From an uncultured delta proteobacterium (GTDB taxonomy: Bacteria; Desulfobacterota; WTBG01): a stretch of 64,000 nt of DNA. The stretch lies in contig CAWCBP010000008.1 of assembly GCA_963793865.1 (NCBI GenBank), positions 448,001-512,000 of the forward strand. The letters run 5' to 3'. The position numbers and the translations under genes are program-made. Below are positions 1-10,043 of the stretch, piece after piece (the stretch's first letter is position 1; each line of letters starts with the position of its first letter). The notes under the pieces are model-generated. The model worked only from the letters and a program-made list of their open reading frames with translations. It had not been told where the DNA came from and searched no databases.

Positions 1-1
1 C

Positions 2-364
2 ATGCTGCAGAAGGACCGCAACAGCAATGCCAAGCTGGTGATCCTCATCACTGACGGAGAACCCAACGCGGCGCTATCCGAGGAAAGCCGCGGCGCGGGC
101 TACCATATGCGGGTTGCGGAGTTTTCCCGCGAGACCTCCATGGAGGCCAAGCGCGCCATGGGAGCGCAGCATGCCCTGGTCGAGGCGGGCCGCACGCGGC
201 GCAAGCACATTAAAATATCGGTTGTCTATATCTGCCCCGAGGGGACGATCGATGCGGAGAGCGAGCGCGTGTCGCGGGAAATAGCGCGGCTGGGCGGCGG
301 ACGGTTTCACAAGGTCCGGGCCATTGAGCGCCTGCCCCTGGAAGCCCTTGAGCTGGTAGGATGA
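2..364 (+). CDS. VWA domain protein, C-terminal part (truncated at window edge)
   Basis: LVILITDGEPN (MIDAS DG loop) and 'EIARLGGGRF' end typical of VWA domains. Confidence 0.75.
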   Translation: MLQKDRNSNAKLVILITDGEPNAALSEESRGAGYHMRVAEFSRETSMEAKRAMGAQHALVEAGRTRRKHIKISVVYICPEGTIDAESERVSREIARLGGGRFHKVRAIERLPLEALELVG

Positions 365-489
365 CGGCTTCAGGCTTATTAACGCCGGTCAGGCAGGTTG
401 ACTTTTTTTCGAAACCGGCATAGGATGAGGCGCTCTGCCGCGGAAATCGGAGCTCAAACCCGGGCATAATCCCAACCGCACATTTTGCC

Positions 490-1236
490 ATGACCTTATC
501 TGCACACGAGCAGGAGCGCTACAGCCGCCAGATGCTCATGCCCGGCTGGGGCGCGGAGACTCAGGGGCGGCTGAAAAATGCCTCTGTTTTCATTGCCGGT
601 GCCGGCGGGCTCGGCAGCCCGGTTTCGATATATCTGGCGGTTGCCGGCATCGGCAGGCTGCGCATCTGCGACTGCGGCGAGCTGGAGCTGTCGAACCTGA
701 ACCGGCAGATACTGCATGACGACAGCCGCATTGGATGGAACAAGGCCCGTTCGGCAAAAGACACCCTTGAGCGGATGAATCCCCATATAACGGTTGATGC
801 CCTGCAGGAGAGAATCACCGCTGAAACGGTTGCCGGACTGATCGGGAGAGCTGATCTGATCGTCGATTGCCTTGATAATTTCCCGACCAGGCATATCGTC
901 AATGAGTACGCGGTTAGGAACGGCATTCCGGTTATTCATGGCGGGGTCTGCGGCATGCAGGGCCAGATAACCTTCATAAAGGCGCCGGAGACACCCTGCC
1001 TGTGGTGCATGAGCGCGGGGCCGCCCGCCGCTGCCGTGTTCCCGATTGTCGGGGCCACGGCAGGCGTGATAGGCTGTCTGGAAGCGCTGGAAGCGATAAA
1101 ATACCTCAGCGGTGTCGGCACCAATCTCAGGGACCGGATGCTGATCTGGGACGGTGAAAAAACAGAATTCATGGAGCTTCCCCAGAAAAAAATTACGGAC
1201 TGCCCGGTGTGCGGTCATCTCAACCGCAGGGGTTGA
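490..1236 (+). CDS. ThiF/MoeB/HesA family adenylyltransferase (E1-like)
   Basis: ERYSRQ, GAGGLG, SNLNRQ, DCLDN, Zn motifs CLWC and CPVC. Confidence 0.93.
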   Translation: MTLSAHEQERYSRQMLMPGWGAETQGRLKNASVFIAGAGGLGSPVSIYLAVAGIGRLRICDCGELELSNLNRQILHDDSRIGWNKARSAKDTLERMNPHITVDALQERITAETVAGLIGRADLIVDCLDNFPTRHIVNEYAVRNGIPVIHGGVCGMQGQITFIKAPETPCLWCMSAGPPAAAVFPIVGATAGVIGCLEALEAIKYLSGVGTNLRDRMLIWDGEKTEFMELPQKKITDCPVCGHLNRRG

Positions 1237-1290
1237 TGGTACAGTCAGGGGAGGCAGATGACCTAAAAAAACAAGCCGGAGGTGAGGGTA

Positions 1291-1617
1291 ATGGCAAAAG
1301 TGTCCTGCAGGTATTTTGTCAATGTGCGCAGCGCAACCAATAAAGACGGTGAGGTGGTGGAGGTCCCGGACGGTCTGACCGTAGAGCAGTTTCTTGATTT
1401 TCTGTCCGGCAAATACGGTGCTGAGTTCGAAAAGTATCTTTACTCAACCGGCATCATGTCGGGTAAGCCTTTTAAGACGCCCAACATCCACCTCAACAAG
1501 CGGCGCATACAGTGGCAGCAGGACTTTCCCGAAGGCGTGAAGACGATAGTGAAGGACGGCGATGAAATGTGGTTCGGCCTGATCGTCGGCGGCGGCGCGC
1601 TGCAACACCAGGCATGA
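1291..1617 (+). CDS. MoaD/ThiS-like ubiquitin-fold sulfur carrier with a C-terminal extension after the GG motif
   Basis: beta-grasp pattern ...VKDGDEMWFGLIVGGG then ALQHQA; GGAGG RBS at 1278-1282; follows the E1 gene. Confidence 0.8.
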   Translation: MAKVSCRYFVNVRSATNKDGEVVEVPDGLTVEQFLDFLSGKYGAEFEKYLYSTGIMSGKPFKTPNIHLNKRRIQWQQDFPEGVKTIVKDGDEMWFGLIVGGGALQHQA

Positions 1618-1625
1618 AATACTAT

Positions 1626-1651
1626 TGGATTCCCGCTTCCGCGGGAATCCA
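1626..1651. repeat. short palindromic element TGGATTCCCGC-TTCC-GCGGGAATCCA
   Basis: perfect 11-bp inverted repeat between convergent genes. Confidence 0.7.
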
Positions 1652-1665
1652 GGGCGGATTTAAAC

Positions 1666-1693
1666 GCAGGGGCGACCGGCCGGTCGCCCTTAC
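1666..1693. repeat. GTAG-type REP palindrome, copy 1
   Basis: GCAGGGGCGACCGGCCGGTCGCCCTTAC; near-identical copies at 27573, 30921, 50710. Confidence 0.85.
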
Positions 1694-1757
1694 GTTTTGT
1701 CGCGCACAAATACTAGTGAAGCACCGGGAAAATCAGCTCAACGCTCCGTCTGCTGTT

Positions 1758-2798
1758 TTACCAGCCGTGCTGCAGGGGCGTTTTTTTGTGGGTTTTTCTC
1801 CTGTCAACCGCTCTCCACTTCACGACGGCTGTTCCCCAGGTTAATCCGGCGCCAAATCCGCACATGGCCATGATGGAGGGTATTTTTATGGTGCCCTTTT
1901 CCAGCTCTTCGACCAGTGCCACGGGGATTGATGCGGTGGAGGTGTTGCCGTACCTGTCAAGATTGGTGACGACCTGCCCCTCTGACAGCCCTAATTTCTC
2001 CGCAATTGAATTTATTATCTTGATGTTTGCCTGGTGGGGAATGAGGTAGTCGATATGGCGGACTTCCAGCCCCGCCAGCGCGAGCGCGCTTTTTATTGAA
2101 TCGGGCATGCTGCTGACCGCAAATTTGTAAATCTCCTTTCCGTTCATATTGACCACTTGTTCCCTTCGCCCGTTATGGGTGACGAAGGGACAGGCATGAC
2201 CCTGCAGGGGAATGTACAGCTCATGTGCCTTGTTGCCGTTGGAGCGGATGTCCACGGAGAGTATTTCATTAACGCCGTCAGGCGATCTTTGCAGAATCAG
2301 GGCGCCTGCCGCGTCGCCGAAAAGAATGCAGGTGGATTTATCGCTCCAGTTCAAAAAACGGGAATGAACATCAACCCCGATGAGCAAAACTGTGCGGTAG
2401 GTGCCGGTCATGATGAAATTGCGCGCGATACTTATGCCGTAGACCAGGCCGCTGCAGGCAGCGACCACGTTAAAAGCGGCGGCGTTGGGGGCGCCGATTG
2501 CCGCCTGGACCTCGCTTGCGGTGGATGGATACAAGGAGTCCGGAAGGGAGGTGGCAACAATAATGAGGTCAATATCGGCAGGTGAAACGTGCGCAAAGTG
2601 CATGGCATCCCTGGCCGCCGCGGAAGCCATGGAAGTCGCGGTTTCGTCACTTCCCACCACTCTTCGTTCCTTGATCCCTGTCCTGGTGGCAATCCATTCA
2701 TCGCTGGTGTCGACCAGTCGGGCAATATCTTCATTGGTTATCACCTTTTTCGGAATGTACCGCCCGATACCGGTGATGCTTACCGGATGCAAATGCAT
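1758..2798 (-). CDS. fabH: 3-oxoacyl-ACP synthase III
   Basis: DTSDEWIATRTGI, AACSG, LFGDAAGA, PHQAN, GNTSTAS (Cys-His-Asn triad). Confidence 0.93.
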   Translation of the reverse strand: MHLHPVSITGIGRYIPKKVITNEDIARLVDTSDEWIATRTGIKERRVVGSDETATSMASAAARDAMHFAHVSPADIDLIIVATSLPDSLYPSTASEVQAAIGAPNAAAFNVVAACSGLVYGISIARNFIMTGTYRTVLLIGVDVHSRFLNWSDKSTCILFGDAAGALILQRSPDGVNEILSVDIRSNGNKAHELYIPLQGHACPFVTHNGRREQVVNMNGKEIYKFAVSSMPDSIKSALALAGLEVRHIDYLIPHQANIKIINSIAEKLGLSEGQVVTNLDRYGNTSTASIPVALVEELEKGTIKIPSIMAMCGFGAGLTWGTAVVKWRAVDRRKTHKKTPLQHGW

Positions 2799-3127
2799 AG
2801 TATCCTTCGCAGCGCTCTTTATGGATGGGCCGGACGCCGCGCTGATCGCAGAACGCCGGCAGGTTTTGTTTTTTGACCCTCTCACGGTGCAATTCAGGGT
2901 ACATTGTGCTATTAATCAGCACATCCGTCAATAGAAAACTTGTCCGGGTTTGCCCGCGGCGTGAGGATGCTGCGCCGGTGAAACCGTGTCAGCGGCCGCT
3001 CTCCTCCATACCGTGTGCGGATCGTGAGCACATCTTAAATAGTGATTGGTTTCGGCAGGATACAATGGTATACTGCAGGCGAGGATGACAACTTACCAGT
3101 GTATTTTTTGAAAATCAAGGAATCACC

Positions 3128-4173
3128 ATGGATACGATTGACCTGGTCAATACCGTAAAGTCCGCAGGCTGAGCGGCAAAAATACCTCCAGGGGACCTGG
3201 AGGAGGTTATGGCGGAGTTAAACCTGGCGCAGGATGACCGGCTGCTTAACAGCATGAGAGACAATGAAGATGCAGCCATTGTCCGTTTCCCCCCCGGCAA
3301 GGCGCTGGTGCAGACGGTTGATATACTCACGCCCATCGTGAACAATCCTTATTGGTTTGGCCAGATTGCTGCGGCCAATTCTCTGTCTGATGTGTATGCC
3401 ATGGGCGGTGAGCCGTACACGGCCATGAATATTGTCTGCTTCCCCCTCGAGAAGCTGGGACGCGAGATGCTGAAGGAAATTCTTGCCGGCGGCATGGACA
3501 AGATCAGGGAATCCGGCGCGGTGATGGCAGGGGGGCACAGCATAAAGGACGAGGAGTTAAAATACGGCCTGTCGGTCACCGGCATCATTGACCCGGGGTC
3601 ATTTGCCTCAAACAAAGGCCTTAAGCCCGGAGACCAGCTTCTGCTCACCAAGCCCATCGGAACCGGGGTGCTGTCGACCGCCCTCAAGGCGGGCGTGGAA
3701 GAAAGCGCACAGGTTGAGAAGCTGATTTATACCTGGGCGAGCAGGCTTAATAAAGCCGGTGGAAAGGTTATCGAGAAACTCAGGCTTAAAGGGGCTACCG
3801 ACGTAACCGGTTTCGGTTTGGGCGGACATCTCCTGGAGCTTGCCCGGGCTTCGGGTGTGGCCATTGATCTGTGGCTCAATCATATTCCCTTCATAGACGA
3901 GGCCGTGCGCTTCGCCGGCATGGGCATGTTCCCCGGGGGGAGCGCCGCGAATAAAAAATTCTGCCGGTCTCTGGTTGCCTTCCTGGAAAAGCCGACCCGG
4001 TATTGATCGACCTGGTGTTTGATGCCCAGACCTCGGGCGGACTGGTGCTGTCCGTACCGGAGCAACAGTTGCAGCAGGCACGGGAAATGCTGCTTGAGGC
4101 AGGAGACCTTGCTGCCCATATCGGACAGGTATCGGCAGCTGACCCGGGCAGGGCACTGCTGAACATCATTTAG
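3128..4173 (+). CDS. selD: selenide, water dikinase; selenoprotein (Sec15, TGA 3170-3172); one frameshift near 3980
   Basis: MDTIDLVNTVKSAG-U-AAKI in frame with ORF 3209..; ANSLSDVYAMGG, GGHS, TDVTGFGL; C-terminal DAQTSGGL lies in another frame ending at TAG 4171-4173. Confidence 0.93.
3185..3203 (+). promoter_or_regulatory. bacterial SECIS hairpin
   Basis: CCTCCAG-GGGAC-CTGGAGG stem-loop starting 12 nt after the in-frame TGA, with G-rich loop. Confidence 0.85.
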
Positions 4174-4205
4174 TGTCCTGTCCCAGAAATACCTTATAAT
4201 AAAAA

Positions 4206-4250
4206 GTCGTTGCGAGGAGTCCCGCGGGGGCGGACGACGAAGCAATCTCT
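4206..4250. repeat. half copy of the GTCRTTGCGAG...GAAGCAATCTC palindromic repeat family
   Basis: resembles the left arm of the element at 26901-26996. Confidence 0.65.
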
Positions 4251-4321
4251 TCCAATAAAAGCAACAATGTGCTCAATGTCAATTCTTTCGTGGTGGATAC
4301 GCCAAAAGCAAGGACCGCAGC

Positions 4322-4934
4322 ATGGATACAGCCGTTATAAGAGCCGTCAATAAACTCTGGTTTCCGGTGTACCCGGGCATTGCCAGGCAAATCGCGGAAT
4401 ACTGCACCAGGCAGCCCGGCCGGATCCTGGAGGCCGGATGCTTTTCCGGGGGCATCGGCCTCATGCTTTTAAAACAATTTCCCGGAAGTACCCTGACCAT
4501 AGCGCCGGAGATCGAGGAGCTGGCTGCAACTTTTTCATCGGATTGGGCGGACTGCTTGAGCGACAGGCCGCAGATCGCGTGCGGATTATGCCGGGTCCGC
4601 TGGCATCGCTGGGCAGAGAGGAAAATTCATTTGACCTGGTCATTTGCCGCGGGTTGTTCTTTTTCCTGGATGCCGGAGGCGCACTGCTGGCGAAAGCTGT
4701 TCCGTTTTGCTTGCTCCCGGCGGTTTGGTTTTTGCCGGCGGAGGATACGGCTCCTTCACATCTCCTGAAATAATCGATCGGATCGCGGATGAATCACGCA
4801 GACTCAACTACGCGCTGGGAAGGAAATTTTTCTCACGGGCAGAATTTGAGCAGGCCATTGCCGGCGCGGGACTGGCTGCACGGTCTCGCATCATAGAGGA
4901 AGGCGGCCTGTGGGCGATCATGAAAAAGGCATAG
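4322..4934 (+). CDS. class I SAM-dependent methyltransferase-like protein (frameshifted)
   Basis: FPVYPGIARQI, ILEAGCFSGG, then ENSFDLVICRGLFFF and LAPGGLVFAGGGYG in successive frames. Confidence 0.7.
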
Positions 4935-5113
4935 GCGGCAGACAGGGTGATTCCATATGAGGACGGGAGGATAATCATAGCCGGAAAACCGCACGAGGTT
5001 TTAAATCACGAGGCCATGCCTGCATGTGAAGTCCCGCTGTTTTTTTCCTGCATGTTCAACAGGGGATTCTTTTAAAAATGGGGAGTGGCGGCTTTTTTAT
5101 TTAGATAGGAGTT

Positions 5114-5147
5114 AAAGCCTGTCTCTCTTTCTATAGGACAGGCTTTT
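5114..5147 (+). terminator. intrinsic terminator-like hairpin
   Basis: AAAGCCTGTC...GACAGGCTTTT. Confidence 0.6.
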
Positions 5148-5287
5148 CAGTTTGTGAAGCGGGATATTATTAGCCAAATTTGCCGAATAATGGGCACCAT
5201 GCCGGTTATTAGACATCATTTGCCGGTACACCAACCATCTGTACAATAATATCATAGCATATTCAGGCTGTTAAGAAGTATTTTATT

Positions 5288-5302
5288 TGGTATGGTATTT
5301 GC
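5288..5302 (+). promoter_or_regulatory. putative sigma54 (-24/-12) promoter of the yqeB operon
   Basis: TGGTAT-GGTAT-TTGC with correct GG-N10-GC spacing. Confidence 0.55.
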
Positions 5303-5449
5303 GAAATAGTTCTTTATCTGTAACCCGTTTTTCCCCCGGGACCTGTTATTGGGTATGCAATATACTTCTTTGGAGTGTAAAATGGCCTCGGCAATGTCAG
5401 GCGGTACGGATGTTATGTGTTGCAGGTTGATGAACAAGGGTGCCGTGTG

Positions 5450-6265
5450 ATGGTGCGCCAAACGGTTGTCATCAGGGGTGGAGGAGATCTGGGCAGTGGT
5501 GTCGCGCGCACGCTGCATCGCAGCGGCTTCCGGGTGCTCATCCTTGAAGTTGCAAACCCTCTGGTGGTGCGCAGGACGGTGTCATTCGCCCAGGCGATCA
5601 TTGACGGTGAAGCCGCTGTCGAAGGGATACGGGCAGTCCGGGTGGATGCACAGGACGACATGTACAGGCAGTGGCGGCAGGGTAACATCCCGGTTATGGT
5701 TGATCCCGGAGGGGATATGCTGAAGGAGATCAAGCCCGATGCGGTGGTGGATGCCACGCTGGCCAAGCGGAATACCGGTATGCACCGGGGCATGGCGCCC
5801 ATTACCATAGCCCTTGGTCCCGGGTTTAAGGCGGGAGAGGATGTAGACGTGGTTGTTGAAACCAACCGTGGTCATAACCTCGGCCGCCTGATATTTGAAG
5901 GTTACGCAGAACCCGACACCGGTGTGCCCGCCCCGGTTGAGGGATACGGCACGGAACGGGTACTCAGGGCGCCCTGCGACGGCACGGTGACGCATGTGCT
6001 GGACATCGGAGATCCGGTAAAGGCAGGCGATGTCATCTGCACGGTCGCCGGCCGGCCGGTAAAGGCCCCCTTTGACGGCATGATTCGCGGTCTTATCATG
6101 AACGGGCGGGAGGTGGTCACCGGGCTTAAGATAGGTGATGTAGATCCCCGGCCGATACAGGAATTCTGCCATACCATTTCAGACAAGGCACGCGCCCTGG
6201 GCGGCGCGGTTCTGGAAGCAATTCTATATTTGAACTGTCGGAAGGGAATAACGCAAGACGCTTAA
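5450..6265 (+). CDS. yqeB: selenium-dependent molybdenum hydroxylase system protein, YqeB family
   Basis: VIRGGGDLGSGVA, VRRTVSF, DATLAKRN, ETNRGHNLG, KIGDVDPR, ISDKARALGG. Confidence 0.92.
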   Translation: MVRQTVVIRGGGDLGSGVARTLHRSGFRVLILEVANPLVVRRTVSFAQAIIDGEAAVEGIRAVRVDAQDDMYRQWRQGNIPVMVDPGGDMLKEIKPDAVVDATLAKRNTGMHRGMAPITIALGPGFKAGEDVDVVVETNRGHNLGRLIFEGYAEPDTGVPAPVEGYGTERVLRAPCDGTVTHVLDIGDPVKAGDVICTVAGRPVKAPFDGMIRGLIMNGREVVTGLKIGDVDPRPIQEFCHTISDKARALGGAVLEAILYLNCRKGITQDA

Positions 6266-6292
6266 CTATAATGCAAGAAAAAAGAGGCTCCA

Positions 6293-7189
6293 ATGAAGGA
6301 AATCAATTCCGCAGCATCCGTTACCGAGGCGTTAAAAAAAGAGAATTACATCTGCGACAGCCGGCTTGCCTTTGTCATCTATCTTTCCCTCTGCATGGAG
6401 AAACCGCTGCTGCTTGAAGGAGAGCCCGGGGTCGGCAAAACCGAAGTTGCCAAGGTGCTGGCCAACGTTCTGGGCAGCAGGCTTATCAGGCTGCAGTGCT
6501 ATGAGGGGCTTGACGCCGCCACCACCATCTATGAATGGAACTATGCCAAGCAGCTCTTGAAGATTAAAACCGTCGATGTGTGCGGCCAGGGATACCATCT
6601 TGAGGACATTTTCACCGACGAGTTCCTCATTCCCCGCCCCCTGCTGACGGCGGTACGGAGCAAGGAAAAGGTGGTGTTGCTGATCGATGAGGTGGACCGG
6701 GCGGATGAGGAATTTGAGGCGTTCCTGCTGGAAATACTCTCTGACTTTCAGATTTCCATTCCCGAGATGGGTACCGTGAAAGCCACGCACAAGCCGCAGG
6801 TCATCATCACTTCCAACCGTGTGCGCGAGCTCCATGATGCCCTCAAGCGCCGCTGCCTCTACCACTTTATCGATTACCCCACCCCGGAGCGGGAGATGGA
6901 GATCATCATGGCCAAGGTGCCTGCCGTCGGCGAATACATGGCAAAAAAAATCGCCGGCGTGATGGCCCAATTGCGCGACCAGGAGTTTTACAAGCGTCCC
7001 GGTGTGGCCGAGACCCTTGACTGGTCGCAGGCCCTGACCATACTCGAAAAGGAGGATATTGATGAAGAGGTCATGGATCTGACCTGCGGCTGCCTGTTCA
7101 AGTTCAAGGAAGACGTAAAACATTACAGCGACATCACAACCGACGTCCTGATGAAAGCAGAGGCGGTGGCCGGGGGTGGGGGTTTTTAA
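6293..7189 (+). CDS. MoxR-family AAA+ ATPase (CoxD-like)
   Basis: LEGEPGVGKT, RLQCYEG, YEWNYAKQ, LLIDEVDR, HDALKRRC. Confidence 0.92.
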   Translation: MKEINSAASVTEALKKENYICDSRLAFVIYLSLCMEKPLLLEGEPGVGKTEVAKVLANVLGSRLIRLQCYEGLDAATTIYEWNYAKQLLKIKTVDVCGQGYHLEDIFTDEFLIPRPLLTAVRSKEKVVLLIDEVDRADEEFEAFLLEILSDFQISIPEMGTVKATHKPQVIITSNRVRELHDALKRRCLYHFIDYPTPEREMEIIMAKVPAVGEYMAKKIAGVMAQLRDQEFYKRPGVAETLDWSQALTILEKEDIDEEVMDLTCGCLFKFKEDVKHYSDITTDVLMKAEAVAGGGGF

Positions 7190-7341
7190 AACCACAACAA
7201 AACATGTCCGCAGAACTGGCAGGCTGTTGAAAAAATAGTGGCGCGGGCTGATAATCTTGCTGAAAGCATGTGGCTCAAGGGGGATGGCTTTTTAGCCACA
7301 ACAAAATTATTCGGAACTTGTAGAACGGCAGGAAGGATTGC

Positions 7342-8565
7342 ATGCCTCGAATACTTTATACACCTCCCGAGTCATTCAAAAGAGTCCGCAGGGAATTCAC
7401 CCAAAAGGACTATCAGGAGCGTTCCCGGGCCCTGATCAAGCGGATCCTTCGCTTTGCCGTGCTGCTGCGACAGAACAGGGTTCCGGTGCATACCGCCAGC
7501 GAGATTGATACCATCGCCGCGCTGAGGCATGTGGACATCAACAACCGTTTTGAATTTTACATGGCCCTCAGGGCCAACCTGCTGGTGAGCTATAAATACT
7601 ACGCTGTTTTTGATTATCTGTTTCTGCAGTTCTGGAGAACCGGCCTGACCATTCCCAAGCGCTATGGCGGCAGCTCGGAAGATCCGGATGAGGATCAGAG
7701 CCCGGGGATGAAACAGAGCGGTTCGGACGAAGACACCAGGGCGGATACGAAAAAAGACGCAAAAAAGGAGAGCAGCCTCTATCAAGAGATATCAGTGCCT
7801 ACCTACTCGCTTTCTGAGCGGCTGAGGGAAAAAGATTTTGAAGAGGTGAAGGATGAGGAGCTGAGCCTTTTTGATGAGGCATTCAAGACGCTGCGCATCA
7901 ATGTCAAGGAGCGCAAGGGTCGGCGCTTCAAGTCAAGCAATAAGGGAAAGGTTATTGACCTTCCCAGGTCCATCCGCCAGTCACGCCAAAAGGGCGGTGA
8001 GATCGTTAAAATCTACACCAGGGAGCGCAAGCCCAAGCAGTCCAAGCTGGTGCTGCTTGCCGATGTCAGCGGGTCCATGGACATTTACAGCACCTTTCTG
8101 ATAAAATTTATCTATGAGCTGCAGAAATATGTTCCCGACACCGAGACCTTTGTGTTCGGCACCCAGCTCCGGCGCATAAGCGACCTCTTGAGCTATCGCT
8201 CCATCAGATCCGCCCTGGCCATGATGTCAAAACAGGTGCTTTTCTGGTCGGGCGGCACCGATATCGGCGGCAGCTTTGCCGAGTTCAATGATCGTTACGG
8301 GGGCAAGCTGCGCAAGAAAAACCGGATCCTGGTGATTCTCTCCGACGGCTGGGACAAAGGTGATGTTGAAATCATGAGAAAGCAGATGGCCATATTTAAA
8401 AAAGGGTTCAAAAAAATCATCTGGCTTAACCCAAATCTGAAATATGACAGCTACCAGCCGCTCTGCATGGGTATGGCGGCGGCAATGCCCTACGTTGATC
8501 GTTTCTTACCCTGCCATAACATAAAGACACTGGAAGCGTTTATCGAAGTGGTTAAAAAAATCTGA
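7342..8565 (+). CDS. VWA domain protein (CoxE-like)
   Basis: DVSGSM, WSGGTDIG, ILSDGWD, IWLNP. Confidence 0.9.
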   Translation: MPRILYTPPESFKRVRREFTQKDYQERSRALIKRILRFAVLLRQNRVPVHTASEIDTIAALRHVDINNRFEFYMALRANLLVSYKYYAVFDYLFLQFWRTGLTIPKRYGGSSEDPDEDQSPGMKQSGSDEDTRADTKKDAKKESSLYQEISVPTYSLSERLREKDFEEVKDEELSLFDEAFKTLRINVKERKGRRFKSSNKGKVIDLPRSIRQSRQKGGEIVKIYTRERKPKQSKLVLLADVSGSMDIYSTFLIKFIYELQKYVPDTETFVFGTQLRRISDLLSYRSIRSALAMMSKQVLFWSGGTDIGGSFAEFNDRYGGKLRKKNRILVILSDGWDKGDVEIMRKQMAIFKKGFKKIIWLNPNLKYDSYQPLCMGMAAAMPYVDRFLPCHNIKTLEAFIEVVKKI

Positions 8566-8597
8566 GCATCGCGTTTCACGCGGAAAACGGTAACCCC

Positions 8598-9026
8598 ATG
8601 AGCAAAAATTATCGCAATGATCTCCGGCGGCAGATGGAGCAAAAAGATGCTGTTTCTCCGGCGACCCTGCTTCAGGATCATGCGCAGAACCCGCGCAACT
8701 TCGGGGACATGTCCGAAGGGCTGGCTGACAGCCATGTCTCCATCACCGACCCTGCCTGCGGCGACACGCTTGAGCTCTGGATACTGGTCGAGGAGGGAAG
8801 AATTTTTGACATCCGCTTCAGATCAAACGGCTGCGCGGCCACCCGCGCGGCAAACAGCATGATGACGCAGCTCGCCCTGGGCAAAACGGTCGAGGAGGCA
8901 AAAGAGCTGACTGATGAAGACATCGTCGCGGCATTTCAGGGAGAGCTGGTACAGCAGACCGGCTGCCCGCTGGCCGGGGTGCAGGCGCTGCACAAAGCAC
9001 TTGAGCAATACCAGGACAATCATTAG
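8598..9026 (+). CDS. NifU/IscU/SufU-like scaffold protein
   Basis: HAQNPRNFG, ACGD, GCAA, third Cys in TGC. Confidence 0.85.
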   Translation: MSKNYRNDLRRQMEQKDAVSPATLLQDHAQNPRNFGDMSEGLADSHVSITDPACGDTLELWILVEEGRIFDIRFRSNGCAATRAANSMMTQLALGKTVEEAKELTDEDIVAAFQGELVQQTGCPLAGVQALHKALEQYQDNH

Positions 9027-9052
9027 AGGACCGAGTGTCGAGGAGGTAACCC

Positions 9053-9847
9053 ATGGATATTTTTGAGGAAATTGTTGCGGCAAAAAAGGCACATATGCCG
9101 GTGGTGCTGGCAACGGTGGTGGAATCGCTGGGATCGGCGCCCCGCGAAGGAGGGGCCCGGATGCTGGTGAAGAAGGACGGCACGTCGGTAGGTACCATCG
9201 GCGGCGGGGCGGTTGAAAAAAAAGTTCTGGATGAGGCCCTGTCGATGATGAGCTCCGCTGCGTCCAAGCTGTTAAAATACGAGCTCAAGGATATCGGCAT
9301 GGCCTGCGGCGGGGGCATGTCCGTTTTTCTCGAACCGCTGCTTCCCGCGCCGCAGCTGATTATCTTCGGCGCCGGCCACATCGGGAGCGCGCTCTCTCAA
9401 ATCGGCACAATGCTTGATTTCAATGTTACCGTAGTCGATAACCGGCCTGATTTTGCCAACGCCGGGCGGCTTCCCTGGGCAGATTCGGTCATTGCGGAGG
9501 ACTACCACAAGGCGCTGGGAGATCTCTCTTACTCCGACGGCACCTACATGATCATTCTTACCCACAAGCACGCCCATGACTTCGAGATTCTCGAGCAGCT
9601 TGTCCATAAGCCCTTCCGCTACCTGGGCATGATCGGCAGCCGCACCAAGGTTGCCAGGGCATTTCAGCAGCTGCGTGACCGGGGCATCAGTGAAGAGGTT
9701 ATTAAAAAGATCTATTCGCCTATCGGCATCAGCATCGGCGCCACTACCCCGGCGGAGATAGCCGTATCCATCGCGGCGGAGCTGGTGGCGGTGCGAAACG
9801 GCATTCAGGCCGCAAGCTGCACCCTGAGCCAGTCCCCGTCCGCCTGA
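9053..9847 (+). CDS. XdhC/CoxI-family molybdenum cofactor chaperone
   Basis: GSAPR, GTIGGG, GMACGG, FGAGH, YLGMIGS, TPAEIAVSI. Confidence 0.92.
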   Translation: MDIFEEIVAAKKAHMPVVLATVVESLGSAPREGGARMLVKKDGTSVGTIGGGAVEKKVLDEALSMMSSAASKLLKYELKDIGMACGGGMSVFLEPLLPAPQLIIFGAGHIGSALSQIGTMLDFNVTVVDNRPDFANAGRLPWADSVIAEDYHKALGDLSYSDGTYMIILTHKHAHDFEILEQLVHKPFRYLGMIGSRTKVARAFQQLRDRGISEEVIKKIYSPIGISIGATTPAEIAVSIAAELVAVRNGIQAASCTLSQSPSA

Positions 9848-10013
9848 ACCTCTTCTGCATGGGGGGCGTCACATAAAGCTTTTGATCCCCCTGCCCGAAG
9901 GCAATGAACCGGATCAAGCACCTGTTTATGCCGGCCTTGGATTGTTCCGGCAGCGCTTATAAATCCCCGCTGCCCGCCGTCTGAGAAATTTGGTGTAAAT
10001 GCCGGATTTTAGT

Positions 10014-10043
10014 TTGACAAATAATGCGCAAGTGCGCTATAAG
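10014..10043 (+). promoter_or_regulatory. putative sigma70 promoter with a GCGCA-AG-TGCGC palindrome in the spacer
   Basis: TTGACA (10014) -18 nt- TATAAG (10038). Confidence 0.55.
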
